Source: Octopus sinensis (lineage: Eukaryota). From it: DNA of 64,000 nucleotides. Numbering within the stretch: position 1 is the stretch's first letter; each line of letters opens with the position of its first letter. Positions 12,621 through 25,426 of the stretch are shown one piece after another. The stretch spans positions 35,092,001 to 35,156,000 of the forward strand of contig NC_043002.1 in the NCBI RefSeq assembly GCF_006345805.1, in the 5' to 3' direction. Under the pieces are notes generated by a model. That model was not told the DNA's origin. It worked only from the letters and a program-made list of their open reading frames with translations, and did not search any database. A program made the position numbers and the translations under genes.

Positions 12621-15039
12621 TCTCTGAGACTTTTCCTGGTGTATATTTATACTATCTCATTTCTATTAAAGCTGGTATGGCTTTTAATACTGTCATACTT
12701 CAATATGTAGTCTTTCTTGGCTGAGATTGGGCAGCCAGAGACATCATTATTGTTGTTCTTTGCCATGGAAAATAACATTTTCTTCTAAAGGTAACATATA
12801 TGAAAAAAAGTGGAGTTTTTTCCTGTGCATTTTAAAACTATTTAAACAATATGCTTTACATTGCAAGACAGCTGCCTTAAAAGTGACTAATGTACACAAC
12901 TATGTCCTTAAACTATCAATCAAAGTCACTGAAAAGTTAGATGCTTATATATGCATATACACACATGAAGCAACAATAAAAAAAATTTATTTAAATGAGA
13001 AAATATTTGCTAGCATTGTAGAGAAAAGAAAGCAACTTGATTTGAACTTGCTCAAAAACAAAAAAGACAGTGGACAGGGTGTAGCACAAAGGTAGTGCCT
13101 CCTTGCTCAATGAGTATATCAAAGAAAAATCAAGGAGGAAAGCAACCTATCTTCGAAGGGAAAGTTTCGAGACATCCAAGTTGATGTCAAGGTCAAGGTA
13201 TATGACAGTGTGTTGCTCATTTTTATGACTTAGTATAAGGTAAGGAAACAGCTGGTCCAGCTCAGGTCTACCCACAGGCTAGTCACAGTACCACAGGGTT
13301 CTCAGTGACAATAGAATTGGTGACAAAGATACCAAGCAATGGTTTTCTTTTCAAACCTTTGAACAACCATACAGAAATGTAATGAGTGTAGAGCTGACTC
13401 ACTACATCATCATTTGATGAGCCTGTATGGATATCCTAATGACTCCCCTAAACACAACTAGGCTACCTTTCAAGGACGACCTGGAAGAGTCTACCAAATT
13501 TACAATCAGATAAATGCAAACTTCCACACAAATGCAACAAAAATACTAGGAGCTGCATATAACACACTCACAATATTCACTGAACATATAGAAGATATAA
13601 CAATGACAGGAAAATAGGGCACAAACATACATAGAGTGCTTACATGTATTTATTTGTCTAACCAGAAAGAAATAACAGACAATATTTTTAGAGCTAACAT
13701 GAATGAAGCTAGTCCTGCTAGGCCCTATAATCTTTCAAAAATAAACTACTTATGTGGCTCTTCAATCTGCTGGAAATAACAGCTAAATCTGCTTTCAACC
13801 ACACCCTGCTGCCTTAAAAAGGAAAGACATTGGATAATGTAACTACTGACACATTATTCTGTCAGCTCATTACCTTAAACATTGTTAATAATGAAATGGT
13901 TATTGGTCAATACCAAAAGGTATCCAGTTCAGAAGTTCAAGTCCAAGCTTGAATAAAAACATTTAATGTATGGGAATCTGTTCAAGAGCTTTCCGTTGAG
14001 CAATAAAAATAAGCTTATCGTGTTTCGGTCCATTATCATCAACTTTGGAAATAGGACATTCATTATTAAATATTTCAAATGATTCATCTCTAGATGGAAT
14101 TTAATTACTCTGAAAAATTATACTCTTATTAATTACTCATATCAGACTGGCTAATTACGAGGACCCTCTAAAATAACTGACATGCTAAATGACATGGCCC
14201 TTACATACCTTCCAACAGGTATAAAGAAAACACAAAAAATACTTTAGAATCAACCCATATATGCCCATAAAAAAAATGAAGTCTTAAAATTTCACTGTAT
14301 TTAGATTAAACGTTATGGTAAGCTTTCACAATCTGGAAGAGAAGGGCAGTATGCAACTGTTAGCTACGAGTGTCAACTATCTACTGAACATTTCATCTGC
14401 TCAGTCAGATGCTTCCCAACAAGTTCATGTCCAAACAAAGTAGGAGCAGGTTTGCATTGTGAAAACGCAACCAGGAGTATATATGGGTTAACAGAATTTT
14501 TTTTCTAATTATGGCACAAGGCCAGTAATTTTGAGAGAAAGGATAGGTCAGTTACATCAACTCAAGTGCTCACCTGATACTTCATTGACTCTAAAATGGA
14601 TAAAAGGCACAGTCAACCTCAACAGGATTTAATCTCATAATGTAAAGAGCTGAAAGAAATGCCTCTTAGCATTTTGTCCATCATGCTAATGATTCTGCTA
14701 GCTTGTTGCCTTGATAATAGTGATAATTTTAATGGATACAGAAGGTTTGATCCTTCTTACTCAAGAGCAATCTTTGTAAACTAATGCAGTTGAGTACAGC
14801 ATTGATAAGACATAGAAACACCCCTCTGTAGATGGTGTGCAAACATACATAAAAGCAGCAAGGTATGTAGTTAGTGTATATTAAAAACTGACATGATAAA
14901 GTAGAGAAAATTGCACAGTGAGTACACTGGGAGATGAGTAATAGGTGCAGGCTTAAGTGTACTGACAAGTGGTATGAATGCCAGTCACAGAGACTAATCA
15001 AATGAATTTTTCATGGAATGACAACACACACAGAGAAAA

Positions 15040-15185
15040 GTTACATTATTGATCACATATCACTCTCCTGTGGAAAGTGATGAAAGAATGGATTTTAATT
15101 GATGTAACAGTACCTGCTGATCATAACATTGTGAAGATAGAGGATGTGAAAGCTGAAAGGTATCAAGAGTGTATTTATAGAGCCT
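15040..15185 (+). mobile_element. RLE-type LINE endonuclease remnant
   Basis: ILIDVTVPADHNIVKIEDVKAERYQE motif. Confidence 0.6.
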
Positions 15186-15620
15186 CAATATTGTGTCTAA
15201 TACCAGGTATCTTTGGAAATAGGCAGCTGGTGGTCATAATTGGAACCACATGTTGAGGAAAATGTGAATGTAAGCTGTGGGAAGGAGCTGGAACATGGTT
15301 TAGAAAATCTTGAAAAACATCAAAACAGGAGAAAATCATAGTAATAATAATAATGCTTACAAATTTTGACACAAGGTCAGCAATTTTGGTGAAGGAGTAA
15401 GTCAATTACTGCAATCCAAGTGCTCAACTGGTAATTATTTTATTGATCCTATAAAGAACTGGAAGAAATGCCATTAAGTTTTTCATCTCCAGCAGACTAA
15501 CAATTTTGTCAGCTTGCCACCTTAATAATAAATGAAGTGAATCATTAGAAAATGTGAAAATACACATGGGAATATTTCAGACAGACCCACTCTCTCCATT
15601 ACTTTTCATTATTTCAATAA

Positions 15621-15836
15621 GACAGTGAGCTGGCAGAATCATTAGCATGCCAGGCAAAATGCTTAGCAGCATTCCATCCAACTTTACGTTCTGAGTTCAA
15701 ATTCCACCAAGGTCTACTTTGCCTTTCATCTTTTTAGGGTCGACAAAATAAGTACCAGTTGAACACTGGGATCAATATAATCGACTATCTCTGTTCCCCA
15801 AAATTTCAAGCCTTGTACCTATAGTAGAAAATATTG
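15621..15836 (+). mobile_element. SINE (family beginning ggcagcgagctggcagaa)
   Basis: Homologous to copies at 51300-51517, 51806-51980, 28800-28955, 61150-61270 and 12085-12230 (shared gttctgagttcaaattcc..ctttgcctttcatcc..aagtaccagttg). Confidence 0.75.
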
Positions 15837-15849
15837 TTACATTAATCCC

Positions 15850-16060
15850 TCAGATAAGCATACTAAGGAAATACAAGCCTTTGTATGAGCTTGCTGAAAT
15901 TAGGGTGAAAATAAATCCCCTGTTATAAATGGATACCCTCAAACTATACATCGTAAATGAAAAAATGACCTAGATTCTCTGATACAAGCAGTAAGAATAT
16001 TTAGCTAGGATACTGGCATGCAGTTTGGGGTAAACAAAAGGCCATCTAGACATATATGTT
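15850..16060 (+). mobile_element. RLE-type LINE RT remnant
   Basis: Broken frames resembling KIN.LL.MD.LKLY..NE..LDSLIQAVRIFS.D.GMQFG. Confidence 0.55.
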
Positions 16061-16689
16061 GCACAGTCTACTACCAGAGCAAACTTCAGCTCTCATAGTT
16101 CCTGCAAATACATGAAAAACCACTTCCCAAAACCTAGACATATATGTATAGAAGACCTGAAAACAACATCCTAAAAGTACTCTTGCACTCATTCCAGACA
16201 TGCATAAAAGATGCAAACACACAGAAATAGAAATATCTACATCAATAACCTCATAGGTCCTAAACACTGAACTGGGATGTACACCACCAACAATAAGTGA
16301 AGAAGAATAGCAGCTGTCATTTACTGGCCAGTGATGTGACCATCACCAGAAATAGACTAGACAGTAGAGAGAGTGTAATATCTCCAAAGTGTGTGTGTGT
16401 ACACAGTTTTATATTGTCAAGTGGTATATTACTGGTTAAGCCATATAATTGCTCAAAATGTTATGATCAGTTTTGCTCCAACTACTGCACTTAATATAGA
16501 AAACTCTTCAAACATTGTAGTTGAAAGTGCATAGACTCTTTTGTGCTGGAGGTATATATAGACCCTTGTTGGCTCAGTGTTGGTAAAAAATAACTGGAAC
16601 AAGACATAATAAAAAATTATACCATTACTAAAATCCAAAATATTTGTACCCCTCATTATACTACAGTGGTCTAATGTTGCTGTTTTGTG

Positions 16690-18330
16690 GTAATTTTATG
16701 CCATCAGAGTTTACATTCCAGCCTCTCTTCATAATTAGTACTGTACACTAATTTACCCCAAACTACATTTCAATATCTTTACTGAATACTCTCACAGTTT
16801 GGATCATGGAATCTGGTCTGCCTCATTTTTTGTATACAACTTAAAGCCATCCATATAGTAGGTGATTTATTCACATCTTGGATTTGGTAAACTCATGGGT
16901 AGGCCTGGATTTTTTTAGTATACTTGTCAGAGAGTTTAATGCACTGACAAAGAGTAATGGAAAGAGTAATTCTCCTTGGAAAATACACTTGTGTATTTTC
17001 ACATTGCCTAGCAAGTCATTTGTACATTTCAGTTGTACTTCCCAAACCCTCAATGCTTTCTTCAAAAAGTTGTTTATCCTCTCATTGACTCCAAGCATCC
17101 TCGGACACTCCAAGAGCCAGCTGTGTGGGACACTGTCATAAGCCTTCCTGTAATCTAGCCATCCAGCAGCAAAATTCGTTTTTCTTACTTGTTCTTCATT
17201 CAATATTCTTCTGTCTATATATAGCAGATCAGTAGTCCTTGATTTCTTCCTATATCCTTTTTGTTCCTCTGGTAATAGGTTCTTTTCCAGGAAATTATAA
17301 ATGTTATCTGCTATGAGGCCAGTTAATAGTTTCCAGAGTAATTGTAAGCAAGTAATAGGTCTATAATTGCTGAGCTCCCGTTCTCTTTTCTTTGTCTTTC
17401 TGTATCAGCACTATCCTTCTTTTTATCATCCATGTCAGTGTTCCATTTTTTCTGCAGTCAGCAAAAAATGGTCATATATAACTGTATATAATTGGGAGAT
17501 TCTTGAGCTAGAAACCCTGGACACCATTTGATCTGAGGCTTTCATTTGGTATTTTCTTAATCATCTCTTTTACTTTCTTATCTGTGATTGTCATGTTTTC
17601 TTGTGTCACTCCAGCCTCTATTTCACTTTTAAATTCCTGTAACAAGCCTGCTTTTACATTATGTTGGACTTTTTTGCTCCAGGTTTCTGTCTGGAATTTC
17701 TTTGCTGCTTCAGCATTTGGCATATCATTTTCCTGATGCTCTTCTTCATTGTTTGGCTGTTTATAGAATTTTCCTTTGTTGTTCTTAAAGTGTCTATTCT
17801 GCTGGTCCTGATTTGCTTTCTGTCGGTATCTGTTATTTTTACCTGACACTGCTTTGATTCTTTCTCTTAGTTCCTCTTTAACTATTCACAGTCCTTTGTG
17901 TCTTATGTTGTACTTTCTTTGCAGTTTGTTCCTGTCTTTCCCTCACACTCTTCTTTTCTATGAATGCATCCATCCAAGATCTCACTCGAGCTGTTCAATT
18001 TGGTTCTCAAGCCTTCATTTCCACCATGGTGTTTTGGCTTTTGTTTTTCTCTCACTTTTAATCCTAAGAGTTTGCATGACAGAGGCTACACAGAATCTAA
18101 GACTGTTTAGATCTGTTATGTTTTTAATGTAGATTTTTGTTAACAGTTCATTCATCTTTCTCACTACTTTACATAGTTTTCCTCTTTCACTCAGGGTTTG
18201 GGTGACATGAACGCAGTTGTGATGATTTTTATTTGGCATTATACTCATAAAGAGGGCTGTGTTGGTGAGGTATCATAACTGCCAATATTTTTATTAAGAC
18301 ACGATCTCTAGGACATTGCCAGCCAATGCT
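16690..18330 (-). mobile_element. Degenerate R4/Dong-like (RLE) non-LTR retrotransposon, RT region
   Basis: ORF fragments WLDYRKAYDSVPHSWLLEC..IFQGELLFPLLFV (RT motifs), QQNRHFKNNKGKFYK and KTPWWK; several stops and frameshifts. Confidence 0.8.
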
Positions 18331-18557
18331 AACAGAAACCCTCTTACCTCTTTGTAGATTTATCCCAATGAAGATGTTCTCTGCCATTGTTGTTCTCAGG
18401 ATATTCATTATTATTATTATTTCTGCTGTTTTGAGCAGTACTGGCTCCATCAGCATTACTAAAACAGAAATGTTATTTGGATGGCCTCAGAGTTTATTCA
18501 CCCTTTATTATTATTATTATCATCATCATTATTGTGTGTGTATGCAAATGTATATAA

Positions 18558-18593
<36 letters not shown>

Positions 18594-19653
18594 TAGCTTA
18601 AAAGCTGCCCTATATTGTGGCTTTTAAGCTAGGACATAGCTTTTAAGCTACTGACCTCAAATGGGAAGATCTGCAAACAGATCTCTGACATGTTTTGGTG
18701 AATTTGTTGAAGTTGCCTCCTCCAGAGTCATATCCCAATTAGGATCATATTCGTTGCAAAAAATTATGTAAAAAAATCACCAAAACCAACCACAGTAATG
18801 AAAATTAAGAATCCAAAATTTCAGAATTGTGGGTCTGGATGCAGCCCACAATGTTTTTAATTTACTCATGGAGTTGGCCTGATTTCAAAGTGGTGTGATA
18901 TGTTGGGATACCACCTCTAGGAGTAAAGTTGAAAAAGTGTGACATACTGATACACTGACATTCGCATTTATTATATTAGATTTTGTTGAATTTATTGCAA
19001 TTGCTTCCTCCAGAGTCATACCCCAATGATGATCATATTCATCGCAAAAGATTATGTAAAAAATTTGACAAAAATAATTGTTGGATTTCACAACAAATTT
19101 TCTTTATTCCCAAAGTTTATTTCCAAGTTATAAAAAATGTTATCATACAAAAAAATTCATCACAAAATTTCATCACAAAAATCCACATAAAAAAACCGCT
19201 AAAAACAATCACAGTAATGGAAACTTGGGAATCCAAAATTTCAGGATTACGGGTCCAGATTCGGCCTGGAATGCTTTTAATTTATTCACAGAGTTGGCCT
19301 GATTCCAAAATCTACAATATATGTGGGAAATTCTGTCTGTGGATGTGTTTGTGGAGCAAACTTCTTACTACACTGCCATGCCTATGCCTGTATAGGTGTG
19401 GTGAGAAGTTTGCTTCCCAACCAAATTGTTAATGTTCAAGGAAAAAATATCTGTGACTAGGCTTGGCTCAAGTTGTTATTGGTTTCTTCTGCAATCATCA
19501 AGATGTCTTGTACTATATAATTTGCAAATCTATCAAGTGCTTTAAATTGAATATATGCCTGGTCATAGACACTTAACTTCATAGACAACTCATCAGATTC
19601 CAGTGGCTGTGGGCAGAGTGTGCTTCTTTTCCAGATATATGATCCACTGACAA

Positions 19654-19726
<73 letters not shown>

Positions 19727-19837
19727 GTCTATCTATCTGTCTGTCTGTCTATCTGTCTGCCTACCTACCTACCTACCTACCTACCTACCTACCTATCTAT
19801 CTATCTATCTATCTATCAATCGCTATCTATCTATCTA

Positions 19838-19886
<49 letters not shown>
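19654..19886. repeat. Compound (TATC)n/(TGTC)n/(TACC)n/(TA)n microsatellite
   Basis: Seen directly. Confidence 0.95.
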
Positions 19887-19890
<4 letters not shown>

Positions 19891-19950
19891 CTGAATGAGA
19901 TAACAAATCCAAGGCTGTGAGGAGTTTTCAGGACATTTATAATGAAATAG

Positions 19951-19996
19951 TCTTACAGCTGTTTCTGGGATATTATGGATATCCCTTCATCAGAGA
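19951..19996 (-). ncRNA. Minimal type I hammerhead ribozyme motif
   Basis: Minus strand: UCU-CUGAUGA-A-GGGAUAU[CCAUA]AUAUCCC-A-GAAA-CAGCUG-UA-AGA. Intact core, 7-bp helix II, palindromic helix III (ACAGCUGU), GUA triplet, 3-bp helix I. Confidence 0.7.
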
Positions 19997-20689
19997 TGGT
20001 GTGAGAAAATATTTGAGTTTGAATTATTGTGGAAAAGATAAGGAATATAGAAGGAAATAAGAGAATAAAAGCAGAAATAAGTTATATAAAGATATTGTAG
20101 TTGCAGTTCCATTATTCGAGAAAAATGGTGTATAGAAGTGGTAAAAAAAAGTTTCCTGTACATGGTGTGTAAGTTCCAATAGTAGTTCATATTTAGTCAT
20201 TTCAAAGCATCGAGCCATGGAATCAGTGTTGCTCATTCAAGAAGGTTTTGTGGTGTGAATGAAAAATTTGAGAATGCATTGGTAGTATTTATGGATAGAT
20301 GGAGGGAGGAGAGATGTGTATGATTAGAAAGAGAAGAAAGGTCGAATCTAAAACAAGAAGAGGAAATGAGAGGAAGAAAGCGAGAAAAAGAATAAAAGAA
20401 AAAGGGAGAGAGACAAAAGTAAAGAGTGGAAAAAAAAGTGAAGAAATGGAGAGAGGGAGTGTTAGTGGTCAAGATAATGTAATGGAAGGACAGGAGAGGA
20501 AGAGATGAGAAGGTAAGGAGTAAAAGAAAGTGAGATATGTGAGTAGAGGTGATATGACAGAGCTGCATTAAGGGATGGATGGAGAAAAGGTAAGGATGGG
20601 GTGATACCAAAGTGAGTAGTAGTTTTGGTAGTAAAATTTGAGGTGGAGGGAAGAATACAAGGATGTCAAATTACTATAGGTGATAGGTT

Positions 20690-21120
20690 AGTGATAGCTA
20701 GGAAAAGGAGGAAAGAATGTATATTTGCAAATATGTATGCATATACACACACATATAAATAGACATATACATATGCCTATACATACACATGTGCATATAT
20801 ACACATGCATGCTCACGTGCACCCATAGATGTATTTGTACCCGCATATGCGCATGCATACATGTATATATATATACATGAACATGCACGCAGTTGCACAC
20901 ACATTTACAGTCACATGCATGCGCACATACAGGTACTTATGCATACATGTATACACATATACACACTCATTCATATATATTTCTTTTTATAAATGCACGC
21001 ACAAATACATATGCATGCACGCACATATATGAGTAAATACATATACACACATACAAATACATACATAAAATATCTGTACACACATTTTTATACACAACCA
21101 CATGTACTCGCTTGTACGTT
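20690..21120. repeat. Degenerate (CA/TA)-rich low-complexity tract
   Basis: Seen directly. Confidence 0.85.
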
Positions 21121-21249
21121 CAAATATGTATTATTAAATTATTGTGATCCTTAAAGATGGGGGAGTTAGTTAAAGATTAAAATTTAAAATGTAGATAGGT
21201 AAGGTTGTTGGGAATTACCTACAGGATGTTGTGGATATATACTGCATGG

Positions 21250-21560
21250 TTATTTTGGTTGCATTTAGATTTATGGTAAAATTTGAAAGTATGAAAAAAG
21301 TGGTGGTTGCATATGCTTAGGACCTCATTATATTTGTTTAGTCATGTTGAGGAGTTGTGTTTTTAATATGTGGAATGCCTCTTTAAAGCATAACTTACAG
21401 GGTAAGCATTGACCTTGGTATGGAAGCCCTGAATTTATTATGGACCATGACAGAGTGTAGGGAATATTCCTATTTTTGAGATGATGTATATGACTTACAA
21501 GTGTTGTGGATTTACTGTATTTCTCGTATCTAAAAGAATTGAGATGAGTGGTATATCGGT
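21250..21560 (-). mobile_element. Penelope-like element C-terminal remnant
   Basis: RYEKYSKSTTLVSHIHHLKNRNIPYTLSWSIINSGLPYQGQCLPCKLCFKEAFHILK resembles the PLE post-GIY-YIG C-terminus (ST.LS.H...W.I....C.LC..E). Confidence 0.7.
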
Positions 21561-21596
21561 GTTTAAAATTTATATATATAAATTTTTATATATGTA

Positions 21597-21965
21597 GGCA
21601 CAGGAGTGGTAGTGTGGTAAGTAGCTTGCTTACCAACTACATGGATCCGGGTTCAGTCCCACTATATGGCATCTTGGTAAGTGTCTTCTACTATAGCCTC
21701 AGGCCAACCAAAGCCTTGTGAGTGGATTTGGTTGATGGAACCTGAAAGAAGCTTGTCGTATATGTGTGTGTGTGTTTGTCCCTCAACATCGCTTGATAAC
21801 CGATGCTGGTGTGTTTATGTCCCTGTAACATAGCAGTTCAGTGAAAGAGACTGATAGAATAAGTACTAAGCTTACTAAGAATAAGTCCTGGAGTTGATTT
21901 GCTTGACTAAAGGTGGTGTTCCGGCATGGCCACAGTCAAATGACTAAAACATGTAAAACAATAAA
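21597..21965 (+). mobile_element. tRNA-headed SINE
   Basis: A-box-like tggtagtgtgg and B-box-like gggttcagtccc head followed by SINE body; diverged copy near 35000-35150. Confidence 0.75.
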
Positions 21966-22039
21966 AGAATATGTACATGTATGTATATATAAGTATGTGT
22001 GTATGGGTATGTATGTGTGTCCATATATGTGCATGTGTG

Positions 22040-22600
22040 TGTAATGCCAACTACTTAACAGAGTGTGCTAGATGCTTTTTATGTGCCACCAGCACAGGTG
22101 TGTTTATGCAGCATCAGCACAGGTGTGTTTACACAGCACTAGCACGGTTGCTTTTTATGTGGCACCAGCACCTGAAAGGGCAAGCCTGTATGCGTGAAAG
22201 ACAGCGATTTTAGTTAGCTTGACCAGTCTTATCAAATACAGCAAATCACTGCATCCCCCAGTCCTTGTCATTTCCTCAGTGAGGCCCAGCATCCAAAGAT
22301 CCTTTCTCACCACTTCATCCCACGTTTTCCTGGGTCTACCCCTTCCGCAGGTACTTTCCACAATTAGAGTTTGACACTTCTTTACACAGCTGTCCTCAAC
22401 CATACGCATCACATGACCAAACCAGCACACTCCCCTCTCTTGCACACAGCATCTGGTGCCTCTTATACCCAGTTTTCCCCTTGAATCATTTACACTCTGT
22501 CGTGTATGCACATTGACATCACCCATCCAGTGGAGCATGCTAGCTTCATTTCTTTCAAGCCTTCGCAAGTCTTCTGTAGTTGAAGCCCATTGTTATATGT
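22040..22600 (-). mobile_element. RTE LINE 3' end (ORF C-terminus plus 3' UTR modules)
   Basis: ORF 22155-22568: CWFGHVMRM..GRGRPRKTWDEVVRKDL, running into ggtggcacataaaaagca modules. Confidence 0.85.
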
Positions 22601-23269
22601 GCATAAATGTACATACAATTATTATTCCAATTCCCAACTCTCCCTCGCCTTCTTGAACTACAAGATTTGCTCTTTATTCTCTCTCCCAACTATCTATACA
22701 ATTCTTCATTACTAACTATAAACGCTTCATCCAAGTATAAATTTCGCATTATTTTATTTTTCTATCCGAAAAATTTCTAGTAGGAAATTTTTTACATGTT
22801 TATCCAACATGTATAATTTTGCCATTCTTATGAAACGTATGTAATGATGAATAAATAATACCAAAAAATCTTTTTAACTTCCTGTTTTGATATATTACGG
22901 ATGTGTAAGTGTACGTGTGTGTGTGTACGGAAAAGTAGTTTCTTTTTAATCGTCTTTGTCACACGATGTAATACTGTATGTATGGATGGCAGAACGTATG
23001 CATGTAAGTAGGCCGGTGTGCGCGCGTGTCAAGTTATTGTATTTGCCGGCGTTTAGTCCAAACTAATGTCCCTTTGATACGAAATGCGGTTATAAAAGGG
23101 AGATTACTTGATAAAAGGTAAATAAGACTGAACTAATGGCGACAATCTTGAAAAAATAAATTAGTTGTGTTTAATTAATAATAAACTATAACTTATGGCA
23201 AATGATGACATGTTGTCAGTTTTATGAATCAGTGTGACTAGACAGGGGAAGAAATACACAATATTCAGC

Positions 23270-23415
23270 ATGTCTGAAGTGGGAGAGTTACAACAAGCAG
23301 CTTTGAAGAGAAAAGCTCGCTTGCAGGAGATGAAAGCGAAAAGACTTTGTCAAACAGAAGATTCATCAGAGAACCAGCAAACGAAAGATAGCAAAACAGA
23401 CGAAAAACTTCCTAA
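23270..23415 (+). CDS. CCDC12: CCDC12/Cwf18 spliceosomal protein, exon 1
   Basis: ATG 23270: MSEVGELQQAALKRKARLQEMK..KLP (cf. recalled human VGRLEEEALRRKERL); phase-2 donor AA|gtaaaa. Confidence 0.93.
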
Positions 23416-24199
23416 GTAAAATTATCTACCATTTTTATTATAATAACTTCTCTCCAAATTATAGTATAGTAACAACGTGTGTTCATTGAAGCGTACAAAT
23501 TCGTGCTTATATACTACGATATTTTATTATTTTCAAACGAATTCCCCCTCAATTTACAATGATATCAAAAAAAAATTTTTTATATTTTACGGAATCGGTA
23601 GAACTGTGGACAAAACACCTGGGTGTACTTAATTACGTCCTTTTTGTATTCCGAGTTCCTTTACTTTTTCGTTATTAGACGATTAGAACGACCTCCGTCG
23701 TTCTAATCGTCGGTCCGTCTTTGTGTTACAAAAAATATATAAATATTTAGTTTGATGAGAAGAGACGTCTTCAATCGTCTCAGGTCTCTCGCAGTTGTTA
23801 ATCAGTTTGTATTCCTGTGGTGAAATGGCATAACTACTTAGCTTCACTTTTGTTACCCCTATAAGTTTCTTTAAAATGTATATTTTTTTAATTAAATTTA
23901 CCAAAGATACATGTTAGATTTTTTAGTATTTTGCGATAATTCCCCCACCTCCGACTTTGTTTCTTCATAACTTTCATTGCAAGACATGCCTTTTAATGAA
24001 ATTTCCCGGGGATACATTTTAGATGGTTTAGATTACAATTATGTGTGGCAGTGAGGGGACTGAAAATGAATAAAGAATAGCTGTCAATAGGAAATGGCCG
24101 GGAGATGGGGAGTGACCCAGTTGTCTTATTAGTAGGAAGTGGGGAAGATACAAAAGACACAGTTTTGTGCATATATATTATACTTGGAGAACCTCAATC

Positions 24200-25250
24200 A
24201 CTCTTGCTAGCATAGCTGGGTGGGTCTTCTCGATCATTGCATATCACCAAACATCTTGCTTCCTTGTCATCTGTTCCACGAATCTCAAAGTCCTGAGATC
24301 AGCCTTTACCAGCTCATCCCATCTTTTGTATCTTCCTCTTCTGCAGATTCCATCTACTGTGCACATTCAACACTTTTTATAGATATCATCATCCAAACAC
24401 ATAACATGCCCAAACCAGTGCAGTCTTTCTTAGACATTACATCTGATTTCTCTCATACCCAGTTTTTCTTTCAACTCCTTTGTACTCCATTAAGCATGCA
24501 CACTGACATTGCACATCCAATGGAGCATTCTAGCTTCATATCCTCTTAGTCTTCACATGCCTTTGCATTCAAGGTCCATGTCTCACTACCATGCAACATT
24601 GCTGTTTGAGCACATGCATCATAGTCTGAATTTCAAGAGAAAACTTTTGTTGCCTACTGAGGTAATAGCTCTCTGAACTTTCTCCATCCTATTCCTATTG
24701 TAGCAACTATACCTTTAGAACATCCTCCACTGCTACTAGGCCATCTAAGTAACAGAAACTATCTACTGTCTCTAAGGAACTTTCTGGGCATTTGATAAAA
24801 TCTATTTTCTCTTGTATCCTTTGTGTTCATTGCTCCTGCACATCTTCCACACAAAGAATACTTTTTTCTGTTAATCTACCTGTGATTGCACTGGGACACT
24901 ATGAAATTCCTACATATCAAGTGGGGACATTTACCTGATAGGAAGAGAGTCCTAACTGTTTTCTTGCTTACTAGAACTTTGTACTTTGCTAAGTGAACTT
25001 TAAGGCCTTTTGATTCTAGGTTTTGCTTTCATACCTGGATTTTTTTTCTAATTCTATTCCACATTCCTCTATAGGAACAAGATCATCAGTTCCCAAGAGC
25101 AACTAGTCTTAAATTTCTGTTATGATCTGGGGAAGTATAATGAAAAGTAGGGGACTGAGTACCAAGCCCTTGTAAACTCCTACCTGTACACTAAATTGGC
25201 CATTGTACTCATGGCTAACTCTCACCTTACTGACAGCACCCCTTTACATT
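24200..25250 (-). mobile_element. Degenerate RTE LINE RT/C-terminal region in CCDC12 intron 1
   Basis: Homologous to the copies at 22.2-22.6 kb, 30.2-31.3 kb and 53.7-54.8 kb. Confidence 0.75.
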
Positions 25251-25349
25251 ATGGGTTTTCATTAAAAAAAAAACCTTAATTTCAAAATGAAATACAAGTA
25301 GTAACAAACTTTTTAAATATGATTCAACTTCAAACTAATTTCATTTCAG

Positions 25350-25426
25350 ACCTTTATTTCGAAGTTATCAACCAATTGATGAAGCATTACTGGAAAACCA
25401 GTTGCCTAAGGCCAAACCAGGAAAAG
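25350..25426 (+). CDS. CCDC12: CCDC12 exon 2
   Basis: tttcag|A CCT TTA TTT CGA..AAA G|gttaga: PLFRSYQPIDEALLENQLPKAKPGK; phases 2/1 fit the neighbouring exons. Confidence 0.92.

Noticed and set aside
13100-13640. Possible further LINE relic
   Set aside because: Too degenerate to assign a motif with confidence.
23683-23904. 73-aa minus-strand ORF in CCDC12 intron 1
   Set aside because: No ATG start, no recognisable homology and no donor site; the true exon 2 is at 25350.
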